Notes: generated by a model not told the origin, from the sequence alone. A DNA stretch of 64,000 bases from Mollicutes bacterium (GCA_003551005.1 PULR01000002.1:53809-117808); one strand, 5' to 3'; positions 12,632 through 21,012 are shown, counted from the first letter of the stretch. A program made the numbers and translations.

Positions 12632-14923
12632 CTACATCGTTCTGAGGATGCGTTCGAGCTCCTCCTCGTCCACCAGCACTTCGCGGGCCCGGGACCCGAG
12701 GTTTCCGGAGACAATCTTTGCCGATTCGAGGCTCTCGACAATATTCTGGGCCCGGTTGAACCCGATGGAGAAAGTCTTGGAGATCTTGTTGATTGACGCT
12801 TCCTGCCGCTCGACGACGAAGCGGGCGACATCCGGAAGCAGATCGTCGTATTCAAACGTCTTGCTGGCATTGTCAACGAGCGCTTGCTCGGTGAAGATGT
12901 AATCGGGTTCCGCCTGCCGGCGGATGAACTCGGTGACGTTCTCGATGTCGGCGTCCTTGATGAAGGCGCCTTGTAGACGCATCTGGCTTTGACCGGCCGC
13001 CGAGAAGAGCATGTCACCGTTGCCGAGAAGCTTTTCCGCGCCGGTCGAATCGAGGATGGTCTGCGAATCGATGTGGCTCGAGACGCTGAAGGCGATGCGG
13101 GTGGGGATATTCGATTTGATGGTGCCCTTGATGACATCCGTGGAGGGACGCTGCGTGGCGATAATCAGATGGATGCCACAGGCTCGGGCCTTCTGCGTGA
13201 TGCGCATCACCGATTCCTCGACGTGCTGTGCGGCGAGCATCATCAGATCGGAAAGCTCGTCGATCACAATGACGATATAAGGCAGGTGCTCCTCGGGGTT
13301 CTCGATCTTTTCGTTGTAGACGTCGATGTTGCGGGCGTTGACACTGTTGAAGAGTGTGAAACGGCGCTCCATCTCTTCAATCACCCATTTTAGGGCGGCG
13401 GTGGCCGCCTGGGCGTCGGTGATCACGGGTGTGAGCAGATGGGGGATATCGTTGTACGCGGCCAGCTCGACCCGTTTGGGGTCGATCAACAGCAGCCGGA
13501 GTTCGGTCGGCTTGTACTGCAGCAACAAACTCATCAATACCGTATTGATGCAGACGCTCTTGCCGCTTCCGGTCTGACCGGCGATGAGTCCATGCGGCAT
13601 CGATTTGATGGAGGTATAGATCGGCTGGCCGTCGATGTCGATGCCGAGCGCAAGCGTCAGGGGAACGGAAGCGTTCTTGAACATCGAGCGGTTGACGATG
13701 TTCAAAAAATGCACCGTCGCCGGCTGCTCGTTGGGAACCTCGATGCCGGCGGTCGTCTTGCCGGGAATCGGAGCCTGTATGCGGATTTCCTTCGCACCCA
13801 GTTTCATCTTGATGTTGTTTTCGATGTTGGTGATCTTGTTGAGCTTGACACCTTTTTCGACCGCGATCTCATAGCGGGTGACTGTCGGTCCCTGCACGTG
13901 CTTATAGACCCTCGCGCCGACGTTGAATTCGGCGAAGGTCTCATTAAGGATGTTCGTCTGTTTCTCGATGGAGTCGGATATATCCGGTGGATCCTCAATG
14001 GCGGAATCCAGAAGATCGATCGGGGGGACCTGATACTTTTCATACCGTTTGCGTCCGGAGACGATGGTCCGGTTCGCACGATCCTGATCTTCAGGCGCTG
14101 TATCAGCAGATTCGCCGGAGGCATCCCCATCGTGCTGAGTCGCTCCTCGTTCCTGCATGGGGCTTTCCTCGGCGGCTGCACCCTTGGAAGCTGCCGCGGT
14201 GTGCGTGTCGGGTTTTGTCGCTGAGCCATCCTGCGTGCGACGCTCAACTTCATCCGTGCTGGTTTGATGGGATGAATCGTCGGCTGCAGGTGTGCTCTTT
14301 TGCTCCGTTGACCGTGATGCTTCCATACGGGATGTATCAAAGTCCTCTTCAGCGGATTCGGCCTCCTTATGTCCCGGTTCTTCGGACGGTGATCGGGCCG
14401 CTTCGACATCCGATGCGCCGGATTCTTTCCCTCGCCCTGCTTGAGATTCCGAATCCGGGCGGCGATAGCGGGTTTCGGGCGGTTGGTCCTCGGGCTGATG
14501 TGCCGTCTCATCGCGGCCGGCTCCGGTGTCCGTGTCCTTCGAGTTCTCGACAATCCGCGCGCGGTAGGATTGTCCTTGCTTGCGCCGGCGTGTCGAGTCC
14601 ATCACCTCGTCGAGGTCCTTGCCCCGCACCAGGTCGAATTCCGGATAGGCCGTTCCATATTTCTGAATGCGTTCTTCCTTGGTCAGCCGCGGTTTCGTGC
14701 GGAAGGGGTCCAGGGTGTCAAGATTCCGTTTCTGATTGGTTTTGATGGGAATCACGACTTCGTCCTTCACGTTCTCGCCGAAGATCGGGGAGACAAAGTG
14801 GCTGCGCCGGTAGGAGGATGCGCGCTCTTTCGACTGTTCCTGAATCTCATACACCTGGAAGGGGCGTCCATCCGGCGTCCGTTCATAAGGCGGTATGAGT
14901 TTTTTCCTACGTTTGAAGAACAT
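12632..14923 (-). CDS. FtsK/SpoIIIE-family DNA translocase, soluble SftA-like (no TM segments)
   Basis: Walker A GQTGSGKSV, Walker B IVIVIDELSDL and a C-terminal winged-helix gamma domain. The N-terminal roughly 330 aa is hydrophilic and low-complexity. ATG at 14923 is used. Confidence 0.88.
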   Translation of the reverse strand: MFFKRRKKLIPPYERTPDGRPFQVYEIQEQSKERASSYRRSHFVSPIFGENVKDEVVIPIKTNQKRNLDTLDPFRTKPRLTKEERIQKYGTAYPEFDLVRGKDLDEVMDSTRRRKQGQSYRARIVENSKDTDTGAGRDETAHQPEDQPPETRYRRPDSESQAGRGKESGASDVEAARSPSEEPGHKEAESAEEDFDTSRMEASRSTEQKSTPAADDSSHQTSTDEVERRTQDGSATKPDTHTAAASKGAAAEESPMQERGATQHDGDASGESADTAPEDQDRANRTIVSGRKRYEKYQVPPIDLLDSAIEDPPDISDSIEKQTNILNETFAEFNVGARVYKHVQGPTVTRYEIAVEKGVKLNKITNIENNIKMKLGAKEIRIQAPIPGKTTAGIEVPNEQPATVHFLNIVNRSMFKNASVPLTLALGIDIDGQPIYTSIKSMPHGLIAGQTGSGKSVCINTVLMSLLLQYKPTELRLLLIDPKRVELAAYNDIPHLLTPVITDAQAATAALKWVIEEMERRFTLFNSVNARNIDVYNEKIENPEEHLPYIVIVIDELSDLMMLAAQHVEESVMRITQKARACGIHLIIATQRPSTDVIKGTIKSNIPTRIAFSVSSHIDSQTILDSTGAEKLLGNGDMLFSAAGQSQMRLQGAFIKDADIENVTEFIRRQAEPDYIFTEQALVDNASKTFEYDDLLPDVARFVVERQEASINKISKTFSIGFNRAQNIVESLESAKIVSGNLGSRAREVLVDEEELERILRTM

Positions 14924-14938
14924 AGGCGGCACATCCCT

Positions 14939-15250
14939 TCAGAGCGAAACGTCGAGGTGTTCGGCGAGTTCACGGAAAGAAAACGAGGAAACATCGTCGC
15001 TACGCACGCGTTCTCCGTATCGGTAAAAGTGCAGCGTCGGCACGCCTTTTGAGGGCCAGTCCCTCTCCAGCGCGGGGAGCATGCCCCGTTTAAGTAGATA
15101 GAAGGAGGCTTCACCATGAAGCTTTTCCAGTGTCCGCAAGTAGCGTTCAACCCGGTCGCAGTCCGCGCAATAGGAGCTGGAATGTAGAATGAAGGCCAGT
15201 GGTTCTACGGCGAGCTCGCGAACGTCCTCAATCGTCCGCAGTGTCTTCAT
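14939..15250 (-). CDS. thioredoxin-fold protein (CxxC = CADC)
   Basis: CADC about 30 aa from the N-terminus and a cis-Pro motif GVPTLHFYRYGE. Internal ATG at 15250 is used; the longer ORF runs into the upstream gene. Confidence 0.65.
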   Translation of the reverse strand: MKTLRTIEDVRELAVEPLAFILHSSSYCADCDRVERYLRTLEKLHGEASFYLLKRGMLPALERDWPSKGVPTLHFYRYGERVRSDDVSSFSFRELAEHLDVSL

Positions 15251-15977
15251 CTTCACCTTTTTCAAGAGCCTCGAGCTCTTGCTCGACCAGGTTGAAATCC
15301 ATGTCCCGGTCGAACAGCTTTTTGGAGTAGATATTGCTGGTCTCTTCACCTACGATGGCGATAATCATGTAGGCAATGCGCATCGAGACGAAATCGACAC
15401 TGGTCTTGACAACAAGCTTGCGGAACCAGTAAGCCGGGTTGAAGAGGTTGATCGCGCCCAGGGTCAGCTTGAAACCCTTCCGAAGCTTCTTGTTGGTGAC
15501 GGCCTTGTATATTTTTTTATCTTCCAGGCGCTTCTTGTGGTCGTAAAGAGCCGCCATATGACTGACACGAACGTTGCGCGTGTTTTTCAGCAGCGGCTGC
15601 TCAAGCAGTTTATCGACCCGGTCGGTGATGTAGTGGGAAAGGTTGAGCATCTCGTTGACGCTCAACTCTAGCATCGGGTATTTCGATTTCGGAAAATAAT
15701 ACTTCGAGATTTCTTCGACAAGCTCGTGGGAGAGGTCGTAGATGGTCCGGCTGTACCCGCGATCCTGTCCTTTGTATAGTCGTTTGAAGGAGGACTGCTT
15801 GTCTTTGATGAGCGCTTCGATGTCTTCTTTGTCCACCTGCTCCTGAGGCTTGGTGGCTTCAAAGGTCTGCCGGCTGCCCCGGACAAGCAGGTAGGTATAA
15901 AGAACGGCAAACAAGACAAAGCCGAACGCAAGTCCCAAAAGGAAGTTGATCAGTCCACCTAGTCCAATGTCCGGCAT
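15228..15977 (-). CDS. hypothetical protein with a single N-terminal TM helix and a charged C-terminus
   Basis: ATG at 15977 with GAGGTGA 5 nt upstream. TM segment LINFLLGLAFGFVLFAVLYTYLL. No family recognised. Confidence 0.5.
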   Translation of the reverse strand: MPDIGLGGLINFLLGLAFGFVLFAVLYTYLLVRGSRQTFEATKPQEQVDKEDIEALIKDKQSSFKRLYKGQDRGYSRTIYDLSHELVEEISKYYFPKSKYPMLELSVNEMLNLSHYITDRVDKLLEQPLLKNTRNVRVSHMAALYDHKKRLEDKKIYKAVTNKKLRKGFKLTLGAINLFNPAYWFRKLVVKTSVDFVSMRIAYMIIAIVGEETSNIYSKKLFDRDMDFNLVEQELEALEKGEDEDTADD

Positions 15978-16070
15978 GCCTATCACCTCACACGCATTAT
16001 AGCATAAACACCCCGCGGTTGTCGTCCGCATTTGCCAAAACCGGCCCCTTGTGCGATAATACGTGCGGTG

Positions 16071-16907
16071 ATGGAAATGAACAACCACACGTATCTCATC
16101 GCCGTCGACCTCGATGGCACCTTGTTATATGATTGGCGCACACTGGATCCCTCGACGCGGAAATACCTCCGCTTTTTAAAAGAGGAGGGCAACCGGATCG
16201 TCATCGCGACCGGCCGTCCTTATCGCAGCAGCTTGCGATACTACCGCGCGCTCGGACTCGACACGCCATTAATCAATTACAACGGCGGATTGATCACCTG
16301 GAAGAACAACCCCTCTTTCGAGGAAATCAATCGTCCCTTGAAGCGAGAGAGCGTCCTGGAAATCTTTGAACACAACAAACCCTACATCTACAACGCCTTC
16401 TGCGAGGTCAAGGACGATGTCTATCTACTACGTGAGACCAGCAACGTCCGCGACCTGCTGCACCTTGAGTACGGCGCGCGGTTGCATGTGGGGGATTTCA
16501 AGCAAACACTGCCCACCGGCGCGAACGGATTCATCATCCTTGCGAACAAAGATGCAGGGGAACGCATCGAGTCGTTCGTCGCCGAGCGTTTCCCCGGAGA
16601 GATCGCCACACGGAACTGGGGTGACGACCACCGGTTCATCATTGAACTGTACAACCCGCAGACCAACAAGGGCAAGGCCCTGAAGCATGTCGCCGAGCTG
16701 CTCGGCTATCAGCCGGAACGCATTCTCGCCTTCGGCGATGGACACAATGACATCGAAATGCTCCAGTATGCCGGCGTCGGGGTCGCGATGGGCAATGCGA
16801 GGGAGGAACTGAAAGCCGTCGCCGACCATGTCTCGCCACACACCAACCAAGAACGCGCAATCAAGCGCTTCCTCGTCGACTTTTTCAAAAAGGTGGAGTC
16901 CCATTAG
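16071..16907 (+). CDS. Cof-type HAD-IIB phosphatase
   Basis: IAVDLDGTLL (motif I) and AFGDGHNDIEML (motif IV). The start at 16071 versus 16077 is uncertain. Confidence 0.85.
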   Translation: MEMNNHTYLIAVDLDGTLLYDWRTLDPSTRKYLRFLKEEGNRIVIATGRPYRSSLRYYRALGLDTPLINYNGGLITWKNNPSFEEINRPLKRESVLEIFEHNKPYIYNAFCEVKDDVYLLRETSNVRDLLHLEYGARLHVGDFKQTLPTGANGFIILANKDAGERIESFVAERFPGEIATRNWGDDHRFIIELYNPQTNKGKALKHVAELLGYQPERILAFGDGHNDIEMLQYAGVGVAMGNAREELKAVADHVSPHTNQERAIKRFLVDFFKKVESH

Positions 16908-16931
16908 AAGGGGACTCCACCTTTTCTTTTT
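16886..16931. terminator. bidirectional intrinsic terminator shared by the convergent HAD gene and ffh
   Basis: 11-bp stem GGTGGAGTCCC/GGGACTCCACC (16892-16902 / 16911-16921) flanked by an A-run and a T-run. Both stop codons lie in the loop. Confidence 0.6.
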
Positions 16932-18325
16932 CCTTTACCTTTGCCTTTGCCCTTTTTGGGCTTTTTCTTTGCGGAGGCACCTTTCAGTGCTCCCATGGGA
17001 TTGCTGGGATCGATCTGGGAAGGATCCATATTCGACATCTGTTTCATGGCCTGTTTTTGTTGGTCGAAGGTCTGAAGCAGACGGTTGACATCATTCACCC
17101 GGCGTCCGGAGCCACGAGCCACGCGACGGCGGCGGGAGCTGCTCTTCTTCAAGAGTTCCGGTTTTTTCCGTTCCTGTTTCGTCATGGAATGGATGAGCGT
17201 TTCCACCTGTTCAATCTGTCCATCATCGACGTTGGCCTGCTTGACCATCTTGTTCATGCCGGGGATGAGCTTCATAAGCCCGGATAGCGAACCCATCCTT
17301 TTGACCATGCGGAGCTGTTTGAGGTAATCGTCGAAATTGAATTTGCCGGAGGCCATCTTCTCCACCATTTTCATCATGTCGTCCTCATCGACATTCTCGC
17401 TGACTTTGTCGACCAGGGTCATGACGTCGCCCATGCCGAGGATGCGGCCGGCCATCCGTTCAGGGTGGAAGACCTCAAGGGCGTCGAGCTTTTCGCCCAG
17501 CCCCATGAACTTGATCGGGACGCCGGTAACGTGCCGCAGCGAAAGTGCCGCGCCACCTCGGGTGTCGCTGTCGAGTTTCGTGAGGATGCTGCCGGTGAGG
17601 CCCAGCGATCCATGGAAATGATCCGCAACGGATACCGCATCCTGTCCAGTCATGGCATCAAGGACCAACCAGGTCTCCTCAGGTTCGAGCATTTCCTTGA
17701 CACGCTTCAGTTCCTCCATGAGGTCCTCGTCGATATGCAGCCGCCCGGCTGTGTCGAAAATCAGTGCATCGGCGCTTTCGGATTCGGCTGCCGCGGCGGC
17801 GTTATCAATGATGGACGCAAAGGAGGCCTGCGTGCCTTCTTGATAAACGGGTACGTCGAGCTGTCGGCCGATTGTCTGCAGCTGTTCGATAGCCGCCGGA
17901 CGCTGAAGGTCGAGGGCGACAAGCATCGGCTTCAGTCCGTGCTCTTTTTGCAGAAACTTCGCTAGTTTGCCGGCAGTCGTGGTCTTGCCGCTGCCTTGCA
18001 GTCCGGCAAGCATGATCCGCATCGGCTTCTGCGACGGAGGTTCAAAGACGCTGGTCTCGCCGCCAAGCAGTTTCTGCAGCTCTTCATGGACGACCTTCAC
18101 GACCTGCTGGGAAGGGTTGAGACCCTTGAGTATCCGCTCGCCTTTGGCCTTTTCCTTCACTTCTCTGGTAAAGGTCTTGACGACACGGAAGTTGACATCG
18201 GCTTCGAGCAGACTCAGTCGTACTTCCCGCATCATCTCATCGATATCGTCCTCCGTCAGGCGGCCCTTTCCGCGTATGCGGCGCAGGGCCATCTGCAGTC
18301 TATCGGACAATTGGTCGAATGCCAT
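16904..18325 (-). CDS. ffh: signal recognition particle protein
   Basis: GLQGSGKTT, DTAGR, a Met-rich M domain and a basic KGKGKGKGKRKGG tail. ATG at 18325 (MAFDQLSDRL) lies just after the ylxM stop. Confidence 0.96.
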   Translation of the reverse strand: MAFDQLSDRLQMALRRIRGKGRLTEDDIDEMMREVRLSLLEADVNFRVVKTFTREVKEKAKGERILKGLNPSQQVVKVVHEELQKLLGGETSVFEPPSQKPMRIMLAGLQGSGKTTTAGKLAKFLQKEHGLKPMLVALDLQRPAAIEQLQTIGRQLDVPVYQEGTQASFASIIDNAAAAAESESADALIFDTAGRLHIDEDLMEELKRVKEMLEPEETWLVLDAMTGQDAVSVADHFHGSLGLTGSILTKLDSDTRGGAALSLRHVTGVPIKFMGLGEKLDALEVFHPERMAGRILGMGDVMTLVDKVSENVDEDDMMKMVEKMASGKFNFDDYLKQLRMVKRMGSLSGLMKLIPGMNKMVKQANVDDGQIEQVETLIHSMTKQERKKPELLKKSSSRRRRVARGSGRRVNDVNRLLQTFDQQKQAMKQMSNMDPSQIDPSNPMGALKGASAKKKPKKGKGKGKGKRKGGVPF

Positions 18326-18326
18326 G

Positions 18327-18653
18327 TCAAACCACCTTTTCGAGTTCGTCAAGGATTGTTTTTGCCGCTATGGGTAGCTCCAGCTCGCGCAATTGAGCGA
18401 TAAGCACGCGTTGCCGGTGACGCTTTTCAAGGAGCAACAACGTCGATTCGTAATCCTGAAGCTTCCCGATGGCATGCTTCAGGGTTTCGTGGACCGCATT
18501 GCGGCTCGTGCCGTTCAGCTCGGCAATCTCCGCGAGGGAATAGTTGTCGGAATAATACCGGACAATCGCATCCTGCTGGCGTTCGGTAAGCAATCCCCCA
18601 TAGAGGTCATAAAGCTCATTGATCTTTAAATGCTGTTTCAGTTCATCCATCAT
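18327..18653 (-). CDS. ylxM: YlxM/UPF0122 putative DNA-binding protein
   Basis: LYDLYGGLLTERQQDAIVRYYSDNYSLAEIA helix-turn-helix between ftsY and ffh. The start is ambiguous (18653 or 18650). Confidence 0.8.
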   Translation of the reverse strand: MMDELKQHLKINELYDLYGGLLTERQQDAIVRYYSDNYSLAEIAELNGTSRNAVHETLKHAIGKLQDYESTLLLLEKRHRQRVLIAQLRELELPIAAKTILDELEKVV

Positions 18654-19617
18654 CGACCACATCCGCGAATAAGCCGTATATATATTCTTCAATATCGAAA
18701 TACTCTAGGTCGTCGAGTTTCTCTCCCAGCCCGACAAGCTTGACGGGCACGCCGATAGTCTCCCGGATTGCAAGCGCGATGCCGCCCTTGGCCGTGCCAT
18801 CAAGCTTGGTGAGGGCGACCCCGGTGAGCTTCGTGACATCGTTGAAGATCCGGGCCTGCGAGAGCCCGTTCTGACCTGTGGTCGCATCGACAACGAGCAG
18901 CGTCTCATGCGGAGCTCCCCCGACTTCCCGGCCGATCACACGGCGAATCTTGCCGAGTTCCTGCATTAAGTTCTTTTTATTGTGGAGACGCCCGGCCGTA
19001 TCGCACAGCAACACATCGACATCTTGACGCCTGGCTTCTTCGATGGCGTCGAACATGACGCTGCTTGGGTCGCTTCCGGCGGTCTTGGCGAAAAACTCCG
19101 CCCCGACCCGTTCGCTCCACACCCGGAGCTGGTTGATCGCCCCCGCGCGGTAGGTATCCCCGGCGACCAGCATCACGCGTTTACCCTCTTCCTGAAGAAG
19201 TTTTGCGACTTTGGCGATGGTCGTCGTCTTGCCCACGCCGTTGACGCCGACAAAAAGGAAAACGGAGGGAGCCGACTCGGCAAGGGTCAGGTTCGTATCG
19301 ACAATCTCATCGCGGACGTATCGGCGGAACATCTCCTCGACGATCACGTCCTTCAGCTGGGAAGCGTCCTTGATGTTTTTAGTCTTGACGTGCCTGCGAA
19401 GATGACCGACAAGGTCGAGGACCGTATCCACACCCATATCGGCCATAATGAAAAGCTCCTCGATATCCTCGAAGAGCTCGTCGTCGATCGAGGTGTTCGA
19501 ATCCAGGAGGTCATTGAGACGGTTGAAGACGCTAGCGCGCGTCTTCTCCATGCCGATTCGATATTTCTGCGCTTGATGTTTGCGTTTCTTTGAACGAAAC
19601 CAGTCGCGGATACCCAT
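18643..19617 (-). CDS. ftsY: SRP receptor
   Basis: GVNGVGKTT and DTAGR NG-domain motifs. Confidence 0.95.
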   Translation of the reverse strand: MGIRDWFRSKKRKHQAQKYRIGMEKTRASVFNRLNDLLDSNTSIDDELFEDIEELFIMADMGVDTVLDLVGHLRRHVKTKNIKDASQLKDVIVEEMFRRYVRDEIVDTNLTLAESAPSVFLFVGVNGVGKTTTIAKVAKLLQEEGKRVMLVAGDTYRAGAINQLRVWSERVGAEFFAKTAGSDPSSVMFDAIEEARRQDVDVLLCDTAGRLHNKKNLMQELGKIRRVIGREVGGAPHETLLVVDATTGQNGLSQARIFNDVTKLTGVALTKLDGTAKGGIALAIRETIGVPVKLVGLGEKLDDLEYFDIEEYIYGLFADVVDDG

Positions 19618-19647
19618 AGCCTCACCGTCCCCGAAAAAGTCGACGTT

Positions 19648-19656
19648 ATTATATCA
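19648..19656 (-). promoter_or_regulatory. extended -10 element proximal to ftsY
   Basis: Minus strand TGATATAAT about 30 nt upstream of the ftsY ATG. The -35 is only a T-run. Confidence 0.4.
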
Positions 19657-19667
19657 CACCTGCATAG

Positions 19668-19783
19668 ATAAAAAAATCCCCTGAGAAAAGGGAAATCCGC
19701 CTTGCGGCGGATTAAGGAAGGGGATGTGTGAATAAAAATATTCACCATGCTATGAAAGGGATAAGCGCAACCTTTCGGTTGCT
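19668..19783 (-). ncRNA. candidate small RNA or ftsY leader: three hairpins with C/U-rich single-stranded linkers
   Basis: Hairpins GCAACC-GAAA-GGTTGC (19782-19767), GTGAATA-TTTT-TATTCAC (19745-19728) and AATCCGCC-GCAA-GGCGGATT (19713-19694), then TCCCTTTTCTC...T7. No SD or ORF. Confidence 0.4.
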
Positions 19784-19788
19784 TTTAT

Positions 19789-19817
19789 ATAATAGCATGT
19801 GGGCATTGAGGTGTCAA
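19789..19817 (-). promoter_or_regulatory. orphan near-consensus promoter driving the candidate RNA
   Basis: Minus strand TTGACA (19817-19812), 17 nt, TATTAT (19794-19789). Confidence 0.5.
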
Positions 19818-19894
19818 GAGCGGCTCGACCAATGCGTAGGGATGGCGTCTCCTTCAATCCGGTGACGCAAATAAGGAGATTGGCCTGGCAGCGA

Positions 19895-19923
19895 TTGACA
19901 GATGCCGGAGGGGCCTGTATAAT
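19895..19923 (+). promoter_or_regulatory. sigma-70-type promoter for asnA
   Basis: TTGACA (19895-19900), 17 nt, TATAAT (19918-19923). Perfect consensus. Confidence 0.65.
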
Positions 19924-19991
19924 TCGGGATAATACAGAGAAAACCTTAATCCGGCGGTTTTAAGCCGGCAGCCGCAAAGGACGGATGAACC

Positions 19992-20975
19992 GTGAACTCT
20001 TATGAAAGCAAGCTGTCGATATTGGAGACCGAGCAGGCGATCAAATGGCTGAAAGACCGTTTTGAAAGTCTCTTGTCACAGACCCTTGCGCTTCACCGCG
20101 TGTCCGCCCCGCTTTTTGTTGAACGCGGTTCTGGACTGAATGATGAGCTGAGTGGTCAGGAGCGTCCGGTCGCGTTCGATGTCGAGGAGACGGAACTTGA
20201 AATTGTCCATTCCCTCGCAAAATGGAAACGCGAAGCCATCGCGCGTTACGGCATCCAGAGAAACCAGGGCCTCTACACCGACATGGACGCCATCCGCAAA
20301 GACGAGACGCTCTCTCCGCTCCACTCCTATTATGTAGACCAGTGGGACTGGGAACGCACCATGGCCCCAAGCGAGCGGAACCAGGCCTTCTTGGAGAGGA
20401 TCGTCCAATCCCTTTACCAAGCCTTTTTGACTCTTGACTCTGAAGTCGCCTCACGATACCCTCCCCTGCAGCGAAAACTGCCATCGACGATTCCTATCGT
20501 CGAGGCGGCCGACCTCGAAAAGCGCTGGCCACAGTTGACACCTGAAACGCGCGAAGCACACATTGCAAAGGAGAAGAAAGCCGTCTTCATCAAGGGCATC
20601 GGGTGGCCGCTCACAGAGGGGGCCCCTCACGATGAACGCAGCCCGGACTACGACGACTGGAGTCTGAATGGAGACATCCTCTTCTGGCATGAACCACTCG
20701 GAAAGGCCGTGGAGATGTCCTCGATGGGGATCCGTGTCGATGCGGACACCCTGGAAATGCAACTAGAGGCCCACGGCAAGCAGGACCGTCTCTCGCTTCC
20801 CTTTCATAAGCGCCTGCACCGGGGATACCTTCCCCAGACCGTCGGCGGCGGCATCGGCCAGTCCCGTCTGGCGCTCTTCTTTCTCGAGAAAGTGCACATC
20901 GGGGAAGTCCAGGCCAGCTATTGGCCGGCCTCGATCCGTCGCGCCTGCCGGGATCGGAACATCTTCCTCCTGTAA
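19992..20975 (+). CDS. asnA: aspartate--ammonia ligase (asparagine synthetase A)
   Basis: HSLAKWKR, YVDQWDWER, SSMGIRVD and GGGIGQSRL match AsnA throughout. GTG start. Confidence 0.93.
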   Translation: MNSYESKLSILETEQAIKWLKDRFESLLSQTLALHRVSAPLFVERGSGLNDELSGQERPVAFDVEETELEIVHSLAKWKREAIARYGIQRNQGLYTDMDAIRKDETLSPLHSYYVDQWDWERTMAPSERNQAFLERIVQSLYQAFLTLDSEVASRYPPLQRKLPSTIPIVEAADLEKRWPQLTPETREAHIAKEKKAVFIKGIGWPLTEGAPHDERSPDYDDWSLNGDILFWHEPLGKAVEMSSMGIRVDADTLEMQLEAHGKQDRLSLPFHKRLHRGYLPQTVGGGIGQSRLALFFLEKVHIGEVQASYWPASIRRACRDRNIFLL

Positions 20976-20980
20976 GCATT

Positions 20981-21012
20981 AAAAAGCTGCCTGAATGCCA
21001 GGCAGCTTTTTC
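20981..21012. terminator. bidirectional terminator between asnA and the DUF805 gene
   Basis: AAAAAGCTGCCTG..CAGGCAGCTTTTT, a stem flanked by an A-run and a T-run. Confidence 0.75.

Noticed and set aside
16921-16975. A short tandem DNA repeat (cctttg/cctttt units) at the 3' end of ffh.
   Set aside because: It simply encodes the basic KKKPKKGKGKGKGKRKGG tail common at Ffh C-termini. It is not a CRISPR or a satellite.
19728-19745. A Rex-type operator (GTGAA...TTCAC) in the middle hairpin of the candidate sRNA.
   Set aside because: The half-sites are separated by 8 nt rather than the spacing of the TTGTGAA-N4-TTCACAA consensus as I recall it. The site also lies inside the transcript rather than at the promoter.
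19353-19748. A 131-aa minus-strand ORF starting inside the candidate sRNA and overlapping the ftsY 5' end out of frame.
   Set aside because: There is no SD before its ATG. It reads through a terminator hairpin and the ftsY promoter, and its composition looks like out-of-frame ftsY.
19618-19991. SRP RNA (4.5S/scRNA) next to ftsY-ylxM-ffh.
   Set aside because: The conserved domain IV motif (GGAAGCAGC-type symmetric loop with a GGAA tetraloop) is absent from either strand of the gap.
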